From: an uncultured Gammaproteobacteria bacterium
GTDB taxonomy: Bacteria > Patescibacteriota > Patescibacteriia > Magasanikbacterales > UBA922
Reading direction: 5' to 3'
DNA length: 64,000 nt
Assembly (NCBI GenBank): GCA_964519725.1
Contig: CAZFKS010000007.1
Coordinates: forward strand, 1,221-65,220
The position numbers and the translations under genes are program-made. Below are positions 51,056 through 58,833 of this stretch, piece after piece (position 1 is the stretch's first letter; each line of letters begins with the position of its first letter). Under the pieces are notes generated by a model. It ran no database searches and was not told the DNA's origin. It worked only from the letters and a program-made list of their open reading frames with translations.

Positions 51056-52633
51056 TTATTCCGTAATTTGAATACTAGGTTTAATTTTCTTACTAATTCC
51101 AGTAAATTCCGCTACCTCTTCGGCGGTAATCCGTGAGAGCTCAGGTTGACGCTCAATCTCCGGGTACATTACAGGATAAAATTCGGTAAGTAAAGGATAA
51201 AATGCCTCGGCCAAAGTGATGTCTTTTGACACCTCAATAATGGTTTTCCAAGTGTCTTTTTCACCATACAAAATAAGATCCAAACCAGCTGCTAAAGTCA
51301 TTTCACCCTTTGGACCACGAAGGAAAGTGATACTTGGGCCATCTACAAATTCTTTAGTTCGAACATCCTGGCAAACCGCCACACTTTCCAGATCATTTTT
51401 TTCAGTTTGCATCTTAATGTATGCCTCTTTGAGCAAGGTAAGATAATTCACCTGGTTCGCACCACCTAAACATTTGAGTCCATAGTAAAAAGCTAACACC
51501 AAGAAAATCAGCATCATACTTGGCATAATTGTCTTGTCTTCCAGTGCCTTAGCAATTGCTTCGGGAGTCAAATCAACCGTAATTGCTCCATCATCAGAAA
51601 CTAATTTATTCCCTTGTTTCCAAAGGTGGAAACGATCATGCTTACCTGGTAACATTCCCCAAAATAAATATGTTCCCCAACCTTCTTGGCGAGAAAAAGC
51701 TCCCATGATTCCTTCAAAATATTTGTTAATTAATTCTTCTGAAGAAGGGTCAAACAAAATTTTAGAAATGGTTGTGTCTTTAAATAAGTGGTAGCGCAGG
51801 AGTAATTTAGTTACTAAAGTTTCTTGTTCAATATAAATCAAATCTGGGCGCGATAAATCACTCGGTGAAAAAAATTTTTTCCAAAGCTGGTGATTAGTTA
51901 CAGTAATTTGATCAGCGTAATTACTGAGAGCGTAAATTTCTGGTTTATCATAAATATCAGATAAAATCTGATTCAAACCAGTAGCTACCGTTTCTGTTAC
52001 CAAGCCGTTTTTAATTTTTTCTGCAATTACTTTACGTAATTTTTCTACATCATCCTGACGATAGGGCCGAAAATTATAGACTGCGGCTGAGTGGCAATTG
52101 CTTGGCAAAAACGATAAACGCTGCATTTCTACACCTTTCGGTGTCACTGAATTGAATAGTAATCCGCGAGGAAAAGAAGAGTTGTTGAGTGAAACATTGG
52201 CACATGACAAAATAATTACATTTTTCAAAATTTCGTCATGACGTTCAGCGTATGATGATGCAATAATTAAATCCGCATTCAAGAAAAATGGGTGACACAC
52301 GGGACCATGGTGATCAGACGTAGAAACAAAAAAATATTTTTCCAATTGGGCCACCGCTGACTCAGCCACTTCTGGTCCCAGCAGTCTTACCACTTCTTCC
52401 TTAAAAACTCCCAAAAAATCCGCCCGCCGGGTAATGGCCGGGGTTGGGTTAGCATCAGTGTAGTCCTGAGAATAATTGTACAAACTTTTTTGCCCGTGCT
52501 TTTCAATAATATCTTTCAAAACTGGGCGCTTAGACAGCACAGCATTTTTTAATTTTTCAAAATTGACTGCTAAATCTGAATCACTTACCGGTGCTGAAAC
52601 AACTCCCTCTTTTTCTTTTACCGCTGTGTCCAT
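51056..52633 (-). CDS. Hypothetical 525-aa protein of unknown function, apparently co-transcribed with the PP-loop protein (2-nt spacer).
   Basis: Long clean ORF with no recognisable motif. It has a conserved-looking …STSDHHGPVCHPFF… segment and one internal hydrophobic helix (IMPSMMLIFLVLAFYYGL). Confidence 0.5.
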   Translation of the reverse strand: MDTAVKEKEGVVSAPVSDSDLAVNFEKLKNAVLSKRPVLKDIIEKHGQKSLYNYSQDYTDANPTPAITRRADFLGVFKEEVVRLLGPEVAESAVAQLEKYFFVSTSDHHGPVCHPFFLNADLIIASSYAERHDEILKNVIILSCANVSLNNSSFPRGLLFNSVTPKGVEMQRLSFLPSNCHSAAVYNFRPYRQDDVEKLRKVIAEKIKNGLVTETVATGLNQILSDIYDKPEIYALSNYADQITVTNHQLWKKFFSPSDLSRPDLIYIEQETLVTKLLLRYHLFKDTTISKILFDPSSEELINKYFEGIMGAFSRQEGWGTYLFWGMLPGKHDRFHLWKQGNKLVSDDGAITVDLTPEAIAKALEDKTIMPSMMLIFLVLAFYYGLKCLGGANQVNYLTLLKEAYIKMQTEKNDLESVAVCQDVRTKEFVDGPSITFLRGPKGEMTLAAGLDLILYGEKDTWKTIIEVSKDITLAEAFYPLLTEFYPVMYPEIERQPELSRITAEEVAEFTGISKKIKPSIQITE

Positions 52634-52697
52634 AGAAATGATTAGGCGGACAAGTTTTATTTTAAATAAATAACCTCAGGATTATATCGATTTTAAA

Positions 52698-52728
52698 GCA
52701 ATTTGTCAATAACTAAAATTGACAATTG
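52698..52728. promoter_or_regulatory. Palindromic operator-like site in the divergent intergenic region between the 525-aa/PP-loop operon and the ATP-grasp gene.
   Basis: CAATTTGTCAAT-aactaaa-ATTGACAATTG. Half-sites of 10-11 bp match 10/11 and are spaced by 7 bp. The site overlaps a TTGACA hexamer. Confidence 0.35.
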
Positions 52729-54029
52729 GAGGGACGGCTGTTACGGTAAATTATATGCCAAACCCTGACCTCTCTGGGAGAACGATTTGTGTAGTTGGCA
52801 CTAGTACTCCCAATAAACAATTTGTCTTTGAAACGCTTAAAAAACTAGATCTGACTGTTATCGTTATTGAAAAAGAAAAAAATTGGGCTACCCCATTTGT
52901 GGATCACTGGATTATTGCTGACACCAGCGACCACCTTAAAACAATCAAGGCTTTTGCGGCGTTTACAAAGGAACACCCCCGCACTAAAATTAACGGAATT
53001 GTAAATTTCTGGGAAGAGGAAGTTGTCCTAACTTCTAAATTAATTGAAAAATTTGGCTTTCCTGGTACCCCCTACCCAATTGTGGAACATATCCGGAATA
53101 AACTGGCTTTCCGCAAATTTTGCAGTGAAAACAATTTACCTGTGCCCAAACACCATCGCATTCGATCCACAAAAGACCTAGACTTGGTCAAAGAAAACTT
53201 TACTTTTCCCGTGGTAATTAAACCCGCTTTTGGCGCAGGTAGTGCCTATGTCACCAAGGTTAGCCGACGGGCCAGTTTAAAGCCTACCATTGACCGGATT
53301 CGCAAAAAAATTAGCCCTGAAGTAGAAAGTACTCTTAGCGAGGGATTAGATATTTTTGTTGAGGAATTTATTGATGGGGCTGAGGTTGATATTGATATGC
53401 TAGTACAGAATGGTAAGGTCAAATTCTGTTCTGTGTCAGATAACTATGATAAAAAATTTGGTAATTCCTTTTTGGACAAAGGTCAGGCTTTACCATCTAA
53501 ACTTTCCAAAAGACGCCAAGATGTTTTGGCCACTATGGCTGAAGTCACTGTAGAAAAATTAGGAATTACTGACGCCTGCGTCCATTACGAAGCTAAAATT
53601 GGTAAAAAAGGACCAATTCCACTGGAAATTAATTTACGACTAGGTGGCGGTTGTGTGCACCGATCACTCATGCTGGCCTGGGGTGTTGATTTTGTTGAGT
53701 ACAGCACACGGATTGCACTGGGTGAATATTTTTCTCCAATTCCTAAACCCAAAAAACCATTACGTGGTTCTGTGTCACTCAACTTACAACCACCCTATTC
53801 TGGAACAGTTACTAATATTAAGATTGACCCAATGTTCTATAAAAAATCTTATTTTGAAGAATTGCACTTAGCCAAAAAAGTGGGCGACTCGATCTCTTGC
53901 CCACCTCATGGTTTTGAATGTCTAGGTTGGTTTACAGTAAGTGGTTCAGATTTAAAACAAGCTGAACATAACGCCCGAGAAGCACGTAAATTAATTACTT
54001 ACGAAATAAAACGTAGTGGAAATAATTAA
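52719..54029 (+). CDS. ATP-grasp fold ligase (L-amino-acid-ligase or carboxylate-amine ligase-like).
   Basis: …FPVVIKPAFGAGSAYVTKV…, …FVEEFIDGAEVDIDMLVQNG…, and …EINLRLGGG… are typical ATP-grasp motifs. The ORF-track start is a TTG. The ATG at 52755 (MPNPDLSGRTICVVGTS…) is an alternative. The start is uncertain. Confidence 0.72.
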   Translation: MTIGGTAVTVNYMPNPDLSGRTICVVGTSTPNKQFVFETLKKLDLTVIVIEKEKNWATPFVDHWIIADTSDHLKTIKAFAAFTKEHPRTKINGIVNFWEEEVVLTSKLIEKFGFPGTPYPIVEHIRNKLAFRKFCSENNLPVPKHHRIRSTKDLDLVKENFTFPVVIKPAFGAGSAYVTKVSRRASLKPTIDRIRKKISPEVESTLSEGLDIFVEEFIDGAEVDIDMLVQNGKVKFCSVSDNYDKKFGNSFLDKGQALPSKLSKRRQDVLATMAEVTVEKLGITDACVHYEAKIGKKGPIPLEINLRLGGGCVHRSLMLAWGVDFVEYSTRIALGEYFSPIPKPKKPLRGSVSLNLQPPYSGTVTNIKIDPMFYKKSYFEELHLAKKVGDSISCPPHGFECLGWFTVSGSDLKQAEHNAREARKLITYEIKRSGNN

Positions 54030-56926
54030 ACTTTGTGAATTGCTACCGTTACAGTAATATCAGAAACTTCTTTGGTTTCGCCGCTAACTCCAACCTCTAA
54101 ATTATTAGCCAAAACCGCTGTTAAAATTTCTTCCTTAAATTCAGTCAGGGCGTGATTAAGTTTTTCACTTTCAGTAGTAAATTCAATTTTGATTCGATCT
54201 TGAATAGTTAGGCCAGCATCTTTGCGCATTTGATTGATAGTCCGAATAAATTCTCGAGCCAGACCTTCTTTTTCTAAGACTTCGGTAATTTCCGTGTTAA
54301 GTGAAACAGTTAGCGCGCCATCAGTTTTAACCACGGCGTAGCGATTGTCACCAACACTGACTTTTTTGACATTCAATTCATCAGCTATGATCAAGGTCAT
54401 TTCTTCGGATAAAACCGTACCCCTCACATCAAATTCACCCAGAACCTGACGAACTTTTACTCCAGCTTCAGAGCGGAGTGAGAGACCCATTTCCACAATC
54501 TTACGCACGGTTTGCATTTGTTCTAGAACCGATTCATTAACTGATTTTTTATTTACTTCTGGCCACATCTCCAGGTGCACACTTTTTTTACTACCACTCA
54601 CTTCTTGCCACACTTTTTCGGCCACAAACGGCGTAAATGGTGCCATAACTTTACTGAGGGTTGCGAGTACCTCACGGAGCGTTGTGAGTGCAGCCAGTTT
54701 ATCTTTTTCATCACTACCTTTAAAACGATCGCGTGACCGGCGCACGTACCAAGTCGACAATTCATCAATAAATTCCGCGACTGGACGTGAGGCTTCAGAC
54801 AAATTATACGCTTCCATTTCGCGCGTTACATCAGCAATTAAATTCTGTAGTTTAGCAAGAATCCACTCATCAAGAATATTTGTCGATTTTACTTCAGTCA
54901 CTTTTTCAGTCGCAAATAATTTGTAGAATTCTACAACGTTCCAGAGTGTATTCACTACTTTTCCGTACGCTTCGCGTACCCCATCTTCGCTAAAGTTTAA
55001 ACTTTCGGCATGCATGACTGGTGAGGTAATTAAATAATACCGCAGTGCATCAGCCCCGTATTTTTCTAGGAGCACATTCGGATCTGGATAATTTTGCAAT
55101 TTTTTACTCATCTTTTTTCCATCTTCAGCGAGTACAATTCCGTTCACAATTACATTTTTGAAAGCTGGTTTGGCAAAAATTGAAGTGGATAGAACATGTA
55201 AGTAATAGAACCAGGCGCGAGTTTGATCTTGCCCCTCAGCAATAAATTCCGCTGGGAAGCTATCCTCAAATTTCTTCTTGTTTTCAAATGGATAATGCAT
55301 TTGCGCGTATGGCATTGAGCCCGAATCAAACCAAGTATCGAGCACATCAGGTACGCGTTTCATAGTTCCACCGCACTTACATGGCACAGTTACCAAATCA
55401 ACCACATGTTTATGTAGGTCTTCAATCTTTTGTCCACTCGCCTCTTCTAAATCTGCAGCAGAGCCAAATACGCGCATTTCCGCACACTTTTCACACTTCC
55501 AAATTGGCATCACACTGGCCCAAAAACGCTGACGAGAAATTGACCAATCGCGCGCACCAGCCAGCCATTGGCCAAATCGGCCTTCTTTAATATGGTCTGG
55601 CGACCAATTGATTTTTTCCGCTTGTTTCAATGCTTCGTCTTTGACCGCTGTCACTTTTACAAACCAAGATGAAGTTGCGTAATTCAAAAGTGGAGTATCA
55701 CAGCGCCAGCAGTGTGGGTACGAGTGGGTGAGATTTTCTTTGGCAAAGAAGTAATTATTTTCTTGTAAATATTTAAGTACAGCAATGTCAGCACCAAGAC
55801 GAACTTTATCATCATCAGATTTTGGTTTGACTTCCAAGCCAGCAAACACCAAAACTTCTGGTTTAAATCGACCATCCATGCCAACATGTTGCACAAATGG
55901 AAGTCCAACTTTTTTACCCAGTTCCCAGTCATCAGCCCCAAAGGCCGGTGCCTCGTGCGCAACCCCCGTACCACTGTCATCAGTCACAAAATCAGCAGCG
56001 TAAATTTTCCAACCATTTTCCCGATTGTTCAATTTTTCATCTTTTGCGTAATAGTCAAAAATTGGTTCGTACGAAAGACCAACTAAATCTTCACCAGCCA
56101 TTTCTTTTTCTACTGAAAATTCTTTATTGGCAAAAACTTTTTCCACCAAAGCTTTGGCAACAATAAAATAGTTTTCTTCAGATTTTACCAAAGCATAATT
56201 TACTTTTGGACCAACTGCGAGCGCGACATTTCCTGGCAATGTCCAAGGAGTAGTAGTCCAGGCTACAACGTACACATTTTCCACTCCAAATTTTTCCGCA
56301 GCATTTTTCAACTTAAATTTTACGTACACCGAAATATCTTTGACATCTTTATAGCCTTCGCTCACTTCTTGTTGTGAAAGCGTCGTTTCACAGCGCGGGC
56401 AAATGTGCATGGCGCGATAGTCCTGATAAATCAAACCCTTGTCCCACAATTGCTTGAACACCCACCACACTGATTCCATGTAATCACGACTCATGGTTAC
56501 GTACGCATGTTCCATATCAACCCAGCGACCGAGCCGGCGCACAGTTTTTTTCCAATCTTCTACATATCCCAACACTTTGCTGCGGCAACGTTCGTTAAAT
56601 TCGGCCACCCCCATGGCTTCAATTTCTTTTTTAGTTTTTGTACCCAATTCTTTTTCAACAATGTTTTCAATTGGGAGTCCATGACAATCCCAACCCCAGA
56701 CCCGTTCAACTTTAAATCCGCGCATAGTGAAGTAGCGCGGCACAGCGTCTTTCATGAGTGAAGCCACAATGTGACCATAGTGTGGGAGACCAGTCGCAAA
56801 CGGCGGACCATCGTAAAATACATATGGCTTATTATCTGGCCGCTCATTTACTGACCGCTCAAAAACCTGATTGGCTTCCCAATATTTTAAAACTTCTTCT
56901 TCGTGCTGGCTGGCTGAATATGGCAT
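54026..56926 (-). CDS. ileS: Isoleucyl-tRNA synthetase (type 2 or eukaryote-like form).
   Basis: …YDGPPFATGLPHYGHIV… (HIGH region) and …KKMSKKLQNYPDP… (KMSKS). 966 aa. Confidence 0.97.
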   Translation of the reverse strand: MPYSASQHEEEVLKYWEANQVFERSVNERPDNKPYVFYDGPPFATGLPHYGHIVASLMKDAVPRYFTMRGFKVERVWGWDCHGLPIENIVEKELGTKTKKEIEAMGVAEFNERCRSKVLGYVEDWKKTVRRLGRWVDMEHAYVTMSRDYMESVWWVFKQLWDKGLIYQDYRAMHICPRCETTLSQQEVSEGYKDVKDISVYVKFKLKNAAEKFGVENVYVVAWTTTPWTLPGNVALAVGPKVNYALVKSEENYFIVAKALVEKVFANKEFSVEKEMAGEDLVGLSYEPIFDYYAKDEKLNNRENGWKIYAADFVTDDSGTGVAHEAPAFGADDWELGKKVGLPFVQHVGMDGRFKPEVLVFAGLEVKPKSDDDKVRLGADIAVLKYLQENNYFFAKENLTHSYPHCWRCDTPLLNYATSSWFVKVTAVKDEALKQAEKINWSPDHIKEGRFGQWLAGARDWSISRQRFWASVMPIWKCEKCAEMRVFGSAADLEEASGQKIEDLHKHVVDLVTVPCKCGGTMKRVPDVLDTWFDSGSMPYAQMHYPFENKKKFEDSFPAEFIAEGQDQTRAWFYYLHVLSTSIFAKPAFKNVIVNGIVLAEDGKKMSKKLQNYPDPNVLLEKYGADALRYYLITSPVMHAESLNFSEDGVREAYGKVVNTLWNVVEFYKLFATEKVTEVKSTNILDEWILAKLQNLIADVTREMEAYNLSEASRPVAEFIDELSTWYVRRSRDRFKGSDEKDKLAALTTLREVLATLSKVMAPFTPFVAEKVWQEVSGSKKSVHLEMWPEVNKKSVNESVLEQMQTVRKIVEMGLSLRSEAGVKVRQVLGEFDVRGTVLSEEMTLIIADELNVKKVSVGDNRYAVVKTDGALTVSLNTEITEVLEKEGLAREFIRTINQMRKDAGLTIQDRIKIEFTTESEKLNHALTEFKEEILTAVLANNLEVGVSGETKEVSDITVTVAIHKV

Positions 56927-57129
56927 AAAAAATAAAAACCACTCTTAGGTGTTGAGATCCCATCGCGTTTGCGAGGGAGGTACCATCTCAACTTTGCCAA
57001 GTGGCCTTAATTACAGCGTTACGGGCTTATCCGAGAGGGTCTACTTCCCTGGCTAGGGAATCTTCCTCTAGCGCTCCCCGGTCGAACCGGGGATTCCTGC
57101 TGATGACAGGTCTGGCGCTTTTATATGTT
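56927..57129 (-). promoter_or_regulatory. Candidate T-box leader (Ile specifier) upstream of ileS.
   Basis: Read on the minus strand: a specifier hairpin CCUG-UCAUCAG-CAGG presents AUC followed by A (plus strand 57096-57110). A GC hairpin CCCCGG-UUCGA-CCGGGG and an enclosing short helix form a 3-way junction. The antiterminator is helix A1 GUUGAGA/UCUCAAC, the 7-nt bulge UGGUACC (plus strand 56979-56985, with N'=U matching the A73 discriminator), and helix A2 CCCUCGC-aaac-GCGAuGGG. I found no clean downstream terminator, so regulation may be translational (a CCUCC anti-SD-like tract in A2). Confidence 0.5.
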
Positions 57130-57135
57130 AGTTCT

Positions 57136-57164
57136 AATGTAATTAAATTTAAAAAAAATGTCAA
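57136..57164 (-). promoter_or_regulatory. Consensus-like sigma70 promoter for the ileS leader.
   Basis: Minus-strand TTGACA (57164-57159), a 17-nt spacer, then TACATT (57141-57136). Confidence 0.45.
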
Positions 57165-57231
57165 ACTTTGCCTAAAATATTGAAAAATCAGGTTTTTCTG
57201 GCATCTTGTAGCTAGAAGGGGGATGAGAAAA

Positions 57232-57262
57232 TTAAAAAACTCCTTCCCAGGAGTTTTTTGTC
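57232..57262 (-). terminator. Bidirectional intrinsic terminator. Most plausibly it ends the minus-strand GC-rich RNA upstream of the ileS promoter.
   Basis: AAAAAACTCCTTCCCAGGAGTTTTTTGT. A 6-bp stem, 4-nt loop, and flanking A and T runs. Confidence 0.55.
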
Positions 57263-57269
57263 TAATTCC

Positions 57270-57575
57270 ATATAAATAAAAAAGGTTTGCCGACTGGAGG
57301 GAGTCGGCTTAAGGCAGGCGCTTCAAAATACGGGTCGCGAACAGACCCGTTGCACAGAAGCGACAGTCACAGGTGGGAGTTTTGTGACGAAAAAGCGGTT
57401 GCGTTTCAGTCACCACCGCGGCCAGTGGGTCTGGAGACTCACCAGCTGCGTGCAGAATGTCGTCCACGAAAAAGAATCGAACCGGGTGACGGACCGTGTC
57501 TGGAAGTTCCAGATCATAGAGCAAAAGACCAGCCAGACGGTGGACTTGCTCATTGTTATTTGTCTTCACTTTCCC
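57270..57575 (-). ncRNA. Unclassified structured RNA candidate: a GC-rich, hairpin-dense noncoding island of roughly 300 nt. Strand is inferred as minus from terminator placement.
   Basis: Local GC is about 55% against about 40% in the flanks. At least 8 stable hairpins, for example GCCGACU-ggaggg-AGUCGGC, ACGGGU-cgcgaacag-ACCCGU, GCGGU…ACCGC, UCUGG-aaguu-CCAGA and UCUUCA…UGAAGA. The ORFs listed here (57287..57604 on the plus strand, 57309..57569 on the minus strand) have no protein-like composition. By eye I could not match RNase P, tmRNA or SRP consensus motifs. Confidence 0.35.
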
Positions 57576-57742
57576 TCCTGAAGAGAGTGCCTATCATTAT
57601 TTAACCAATAAAATTGGCTTATTTCAAGATATTTTTCCCGAAAAAGTGCATGAACTTGTGCGCAAAGTTGTGCAAAAACTGTGGACGCGTCCAAGATTGT
57701 CCACCCTATGGCCCCATGCTATAATAAAATCAATAAAACCAT

Positions 57743-58198
57743 ATGTACTCTGGCCCTCTATTTATTGCGTCTGACCATGGCGGCTACCAACTTAAAAAAC
57801 GCCTAGTTCGGTACGTTGAAAATGAATTAAATTTAAAAATCAAAGACCTTGGTCCGGCTGAATTTGTTGACGATGATGATTATCCAGATTATGTCTTTCC
57901 GCTTACCAAAGAAGTTCTACACCAAGAGGGACGCGGCATTTTAATTTGCAGAAACGGCATTGGTGTTTGTGTGGCCGCCAACAAAGTCCCAGGTATTCGT
58001 GCTGGCATTGGTTACAACACTGCAGTTGCGGAGAGTATGATGAAAGATGATAACACCAATGTACTATGCTTGGCGGCCACCACTCTTAGTGATGAGTACG
58101 CGATGGCCATTTTAAAACACTGGCTCGAAACTGAATTTAGTAACGAAGAGCGGCACAATCGTCGGCTCGCCAAAGTTGCGGCTGAAACTGGTTTATAA
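57743..58198 (+). CDS. rpiB: Ribose-5-phosphate isomerase B (RpiB/LacAB family).
   Basis: MYSGPLFIASDHGGYQLKKRL… and …ICRNGIGVCVAANK…. Confidence 0.92.
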   Translation: MYSGPLFIASDHGGYQLKKRLVRYVENELNLKIKDLGPAEFVDDDDYPDYVFPLTKEVLHQEGRGILICRNGIGVCVAANKVPGIRAGIGYNTAVAESMMKDDNTNVLCLAATTLSDEYAMAILKHWLETEFSNEERHNRRLAKVAAETGL

Positions 58199-58199
58199 T

Positions 58200-58832
58200 A
58201 TGAAAATTATTCCGTCTATTTTTACGACCACGGAAAATCAATTTCGTGAACAAATTACTTCAGTTGGCGCTAGTGCCCCCTGCGTGCACATTGATGTGAC
58301 TGATTCGGAATTTGTACCGACTCAAACTTTTGCTGACCCAAAAGTTACTGTTGAAATTTTACAAACTGATTGCGAACTTCACCTCATGGTTACTGACCCA
58401 CTTAAAGTTTTACCAAAATGGGCTGAGGTTAAAAATGTAAAACGCATCCTGTTTCATTACGAAGCTGAAACCGAAGTAAATACCATGATTGAAGCAATTC
58501 ACGCGCAAGGTTGGGTCGCCGGTTTAGTTTTAAATCCTCATACGCCATGGAGAGTAATTGAACCCTTTGCCGAAAAATTAGACGCAGTCATGTTCATGGG
58601 TGTAGTGCCTGGCGCTCAGGGCCAATCATTAATCCCTGCGGTTTTAGAAAAAGCCAAAGAGTTTAAAACCAAATATCCGCGCCTGTTTACCGAGTGGGAC
58701 GGCGCCGTGACCGAAGAAACAATTAAACAAATTCAAGCCACTGGAATTGATGTGGTTTGTCCGGGTCACGCTGTCTTTGGTTCAGGCGACCCAGTGCAAA
58801 ATATTAAAAAATTACAACAAATTATTAAATAA
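58200..58832 (+). CDS. rpe: Ribulose-phosphate 3-epimerase.
   Basis: MKIIPSIFTT…VHIDVTDSEFVPTQTF…ELHLMV…EWDGAV…. The start is the internal ATG at 58200. Confidence 0.88.
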   Translation: MKIIPSIFTTTENQFREQITSVGASAPCVHIDVTDSEFVPTQTFADPKVTVEILQTDCELHLMVTDPLKVLPKWAEVKNVKRILFHYEAETEVNTMIEAIHAQGWVAGLVLNPHTPWRVIEPFAEKLDAVMFMGVVPGAQGQSLIPAVLEKAKEFKTKYPRLFTEWDGAVTEETIKQIQATGIDVVCPGHAVFGSGDPVQNIKKLQQIIK

Positions 58833-58833
58833 T

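Noticed and set aside
56951-56992. Hairpin GUUGAGAU…AUCUCAAC upstream of ileS, first read as an intrinsic terminator.
   Set aside because: The U-run is 12 nt away. The internal 7-nt bulge UGGUACC and inner helix fit the T-box antiterminator fold instead.
57001-57040. RNase P RNA-like 3' motif ACAG…CGGGCUUAUCCGAG on the plus strand, and a second GUCGGCUUAAGG at 57306.
   Set aside because: The rest of an RNase P RNA would have to lie inside the ileS coding sequence. No CR-I (GGAAAGUCCGG) or GGUAAGAGC motif is found on either strand. The first motif is better explained as part of the ileS T-box leader read from the other strand.
57063-57124. tRNA-like element on the minus strand: an acceptor-like helix plus a hairpin with a TTCGA loop.
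   Set aside because: It is only about 50 nt, with no D-arm. The putative anticodon loop UCAUCAG has C where the invariant U33 should be. It is interpreted instead as Stem I and Stem II of the ileS T-box leader, with the specifier AUC-A. A tmRNA TLD was also considered, but no GGGG 5' end, tag reading frame or ACCA-proximal T-arm arrangement fits.
57287-57604. ORFs of 105 aa (plus), 86 aa (minus) and 65 aa in the GC-rich island.
   Set aside because: Arg/His/Pro-rich, with no RBS and no protein-like composition. The region is better explained as structured RNA.
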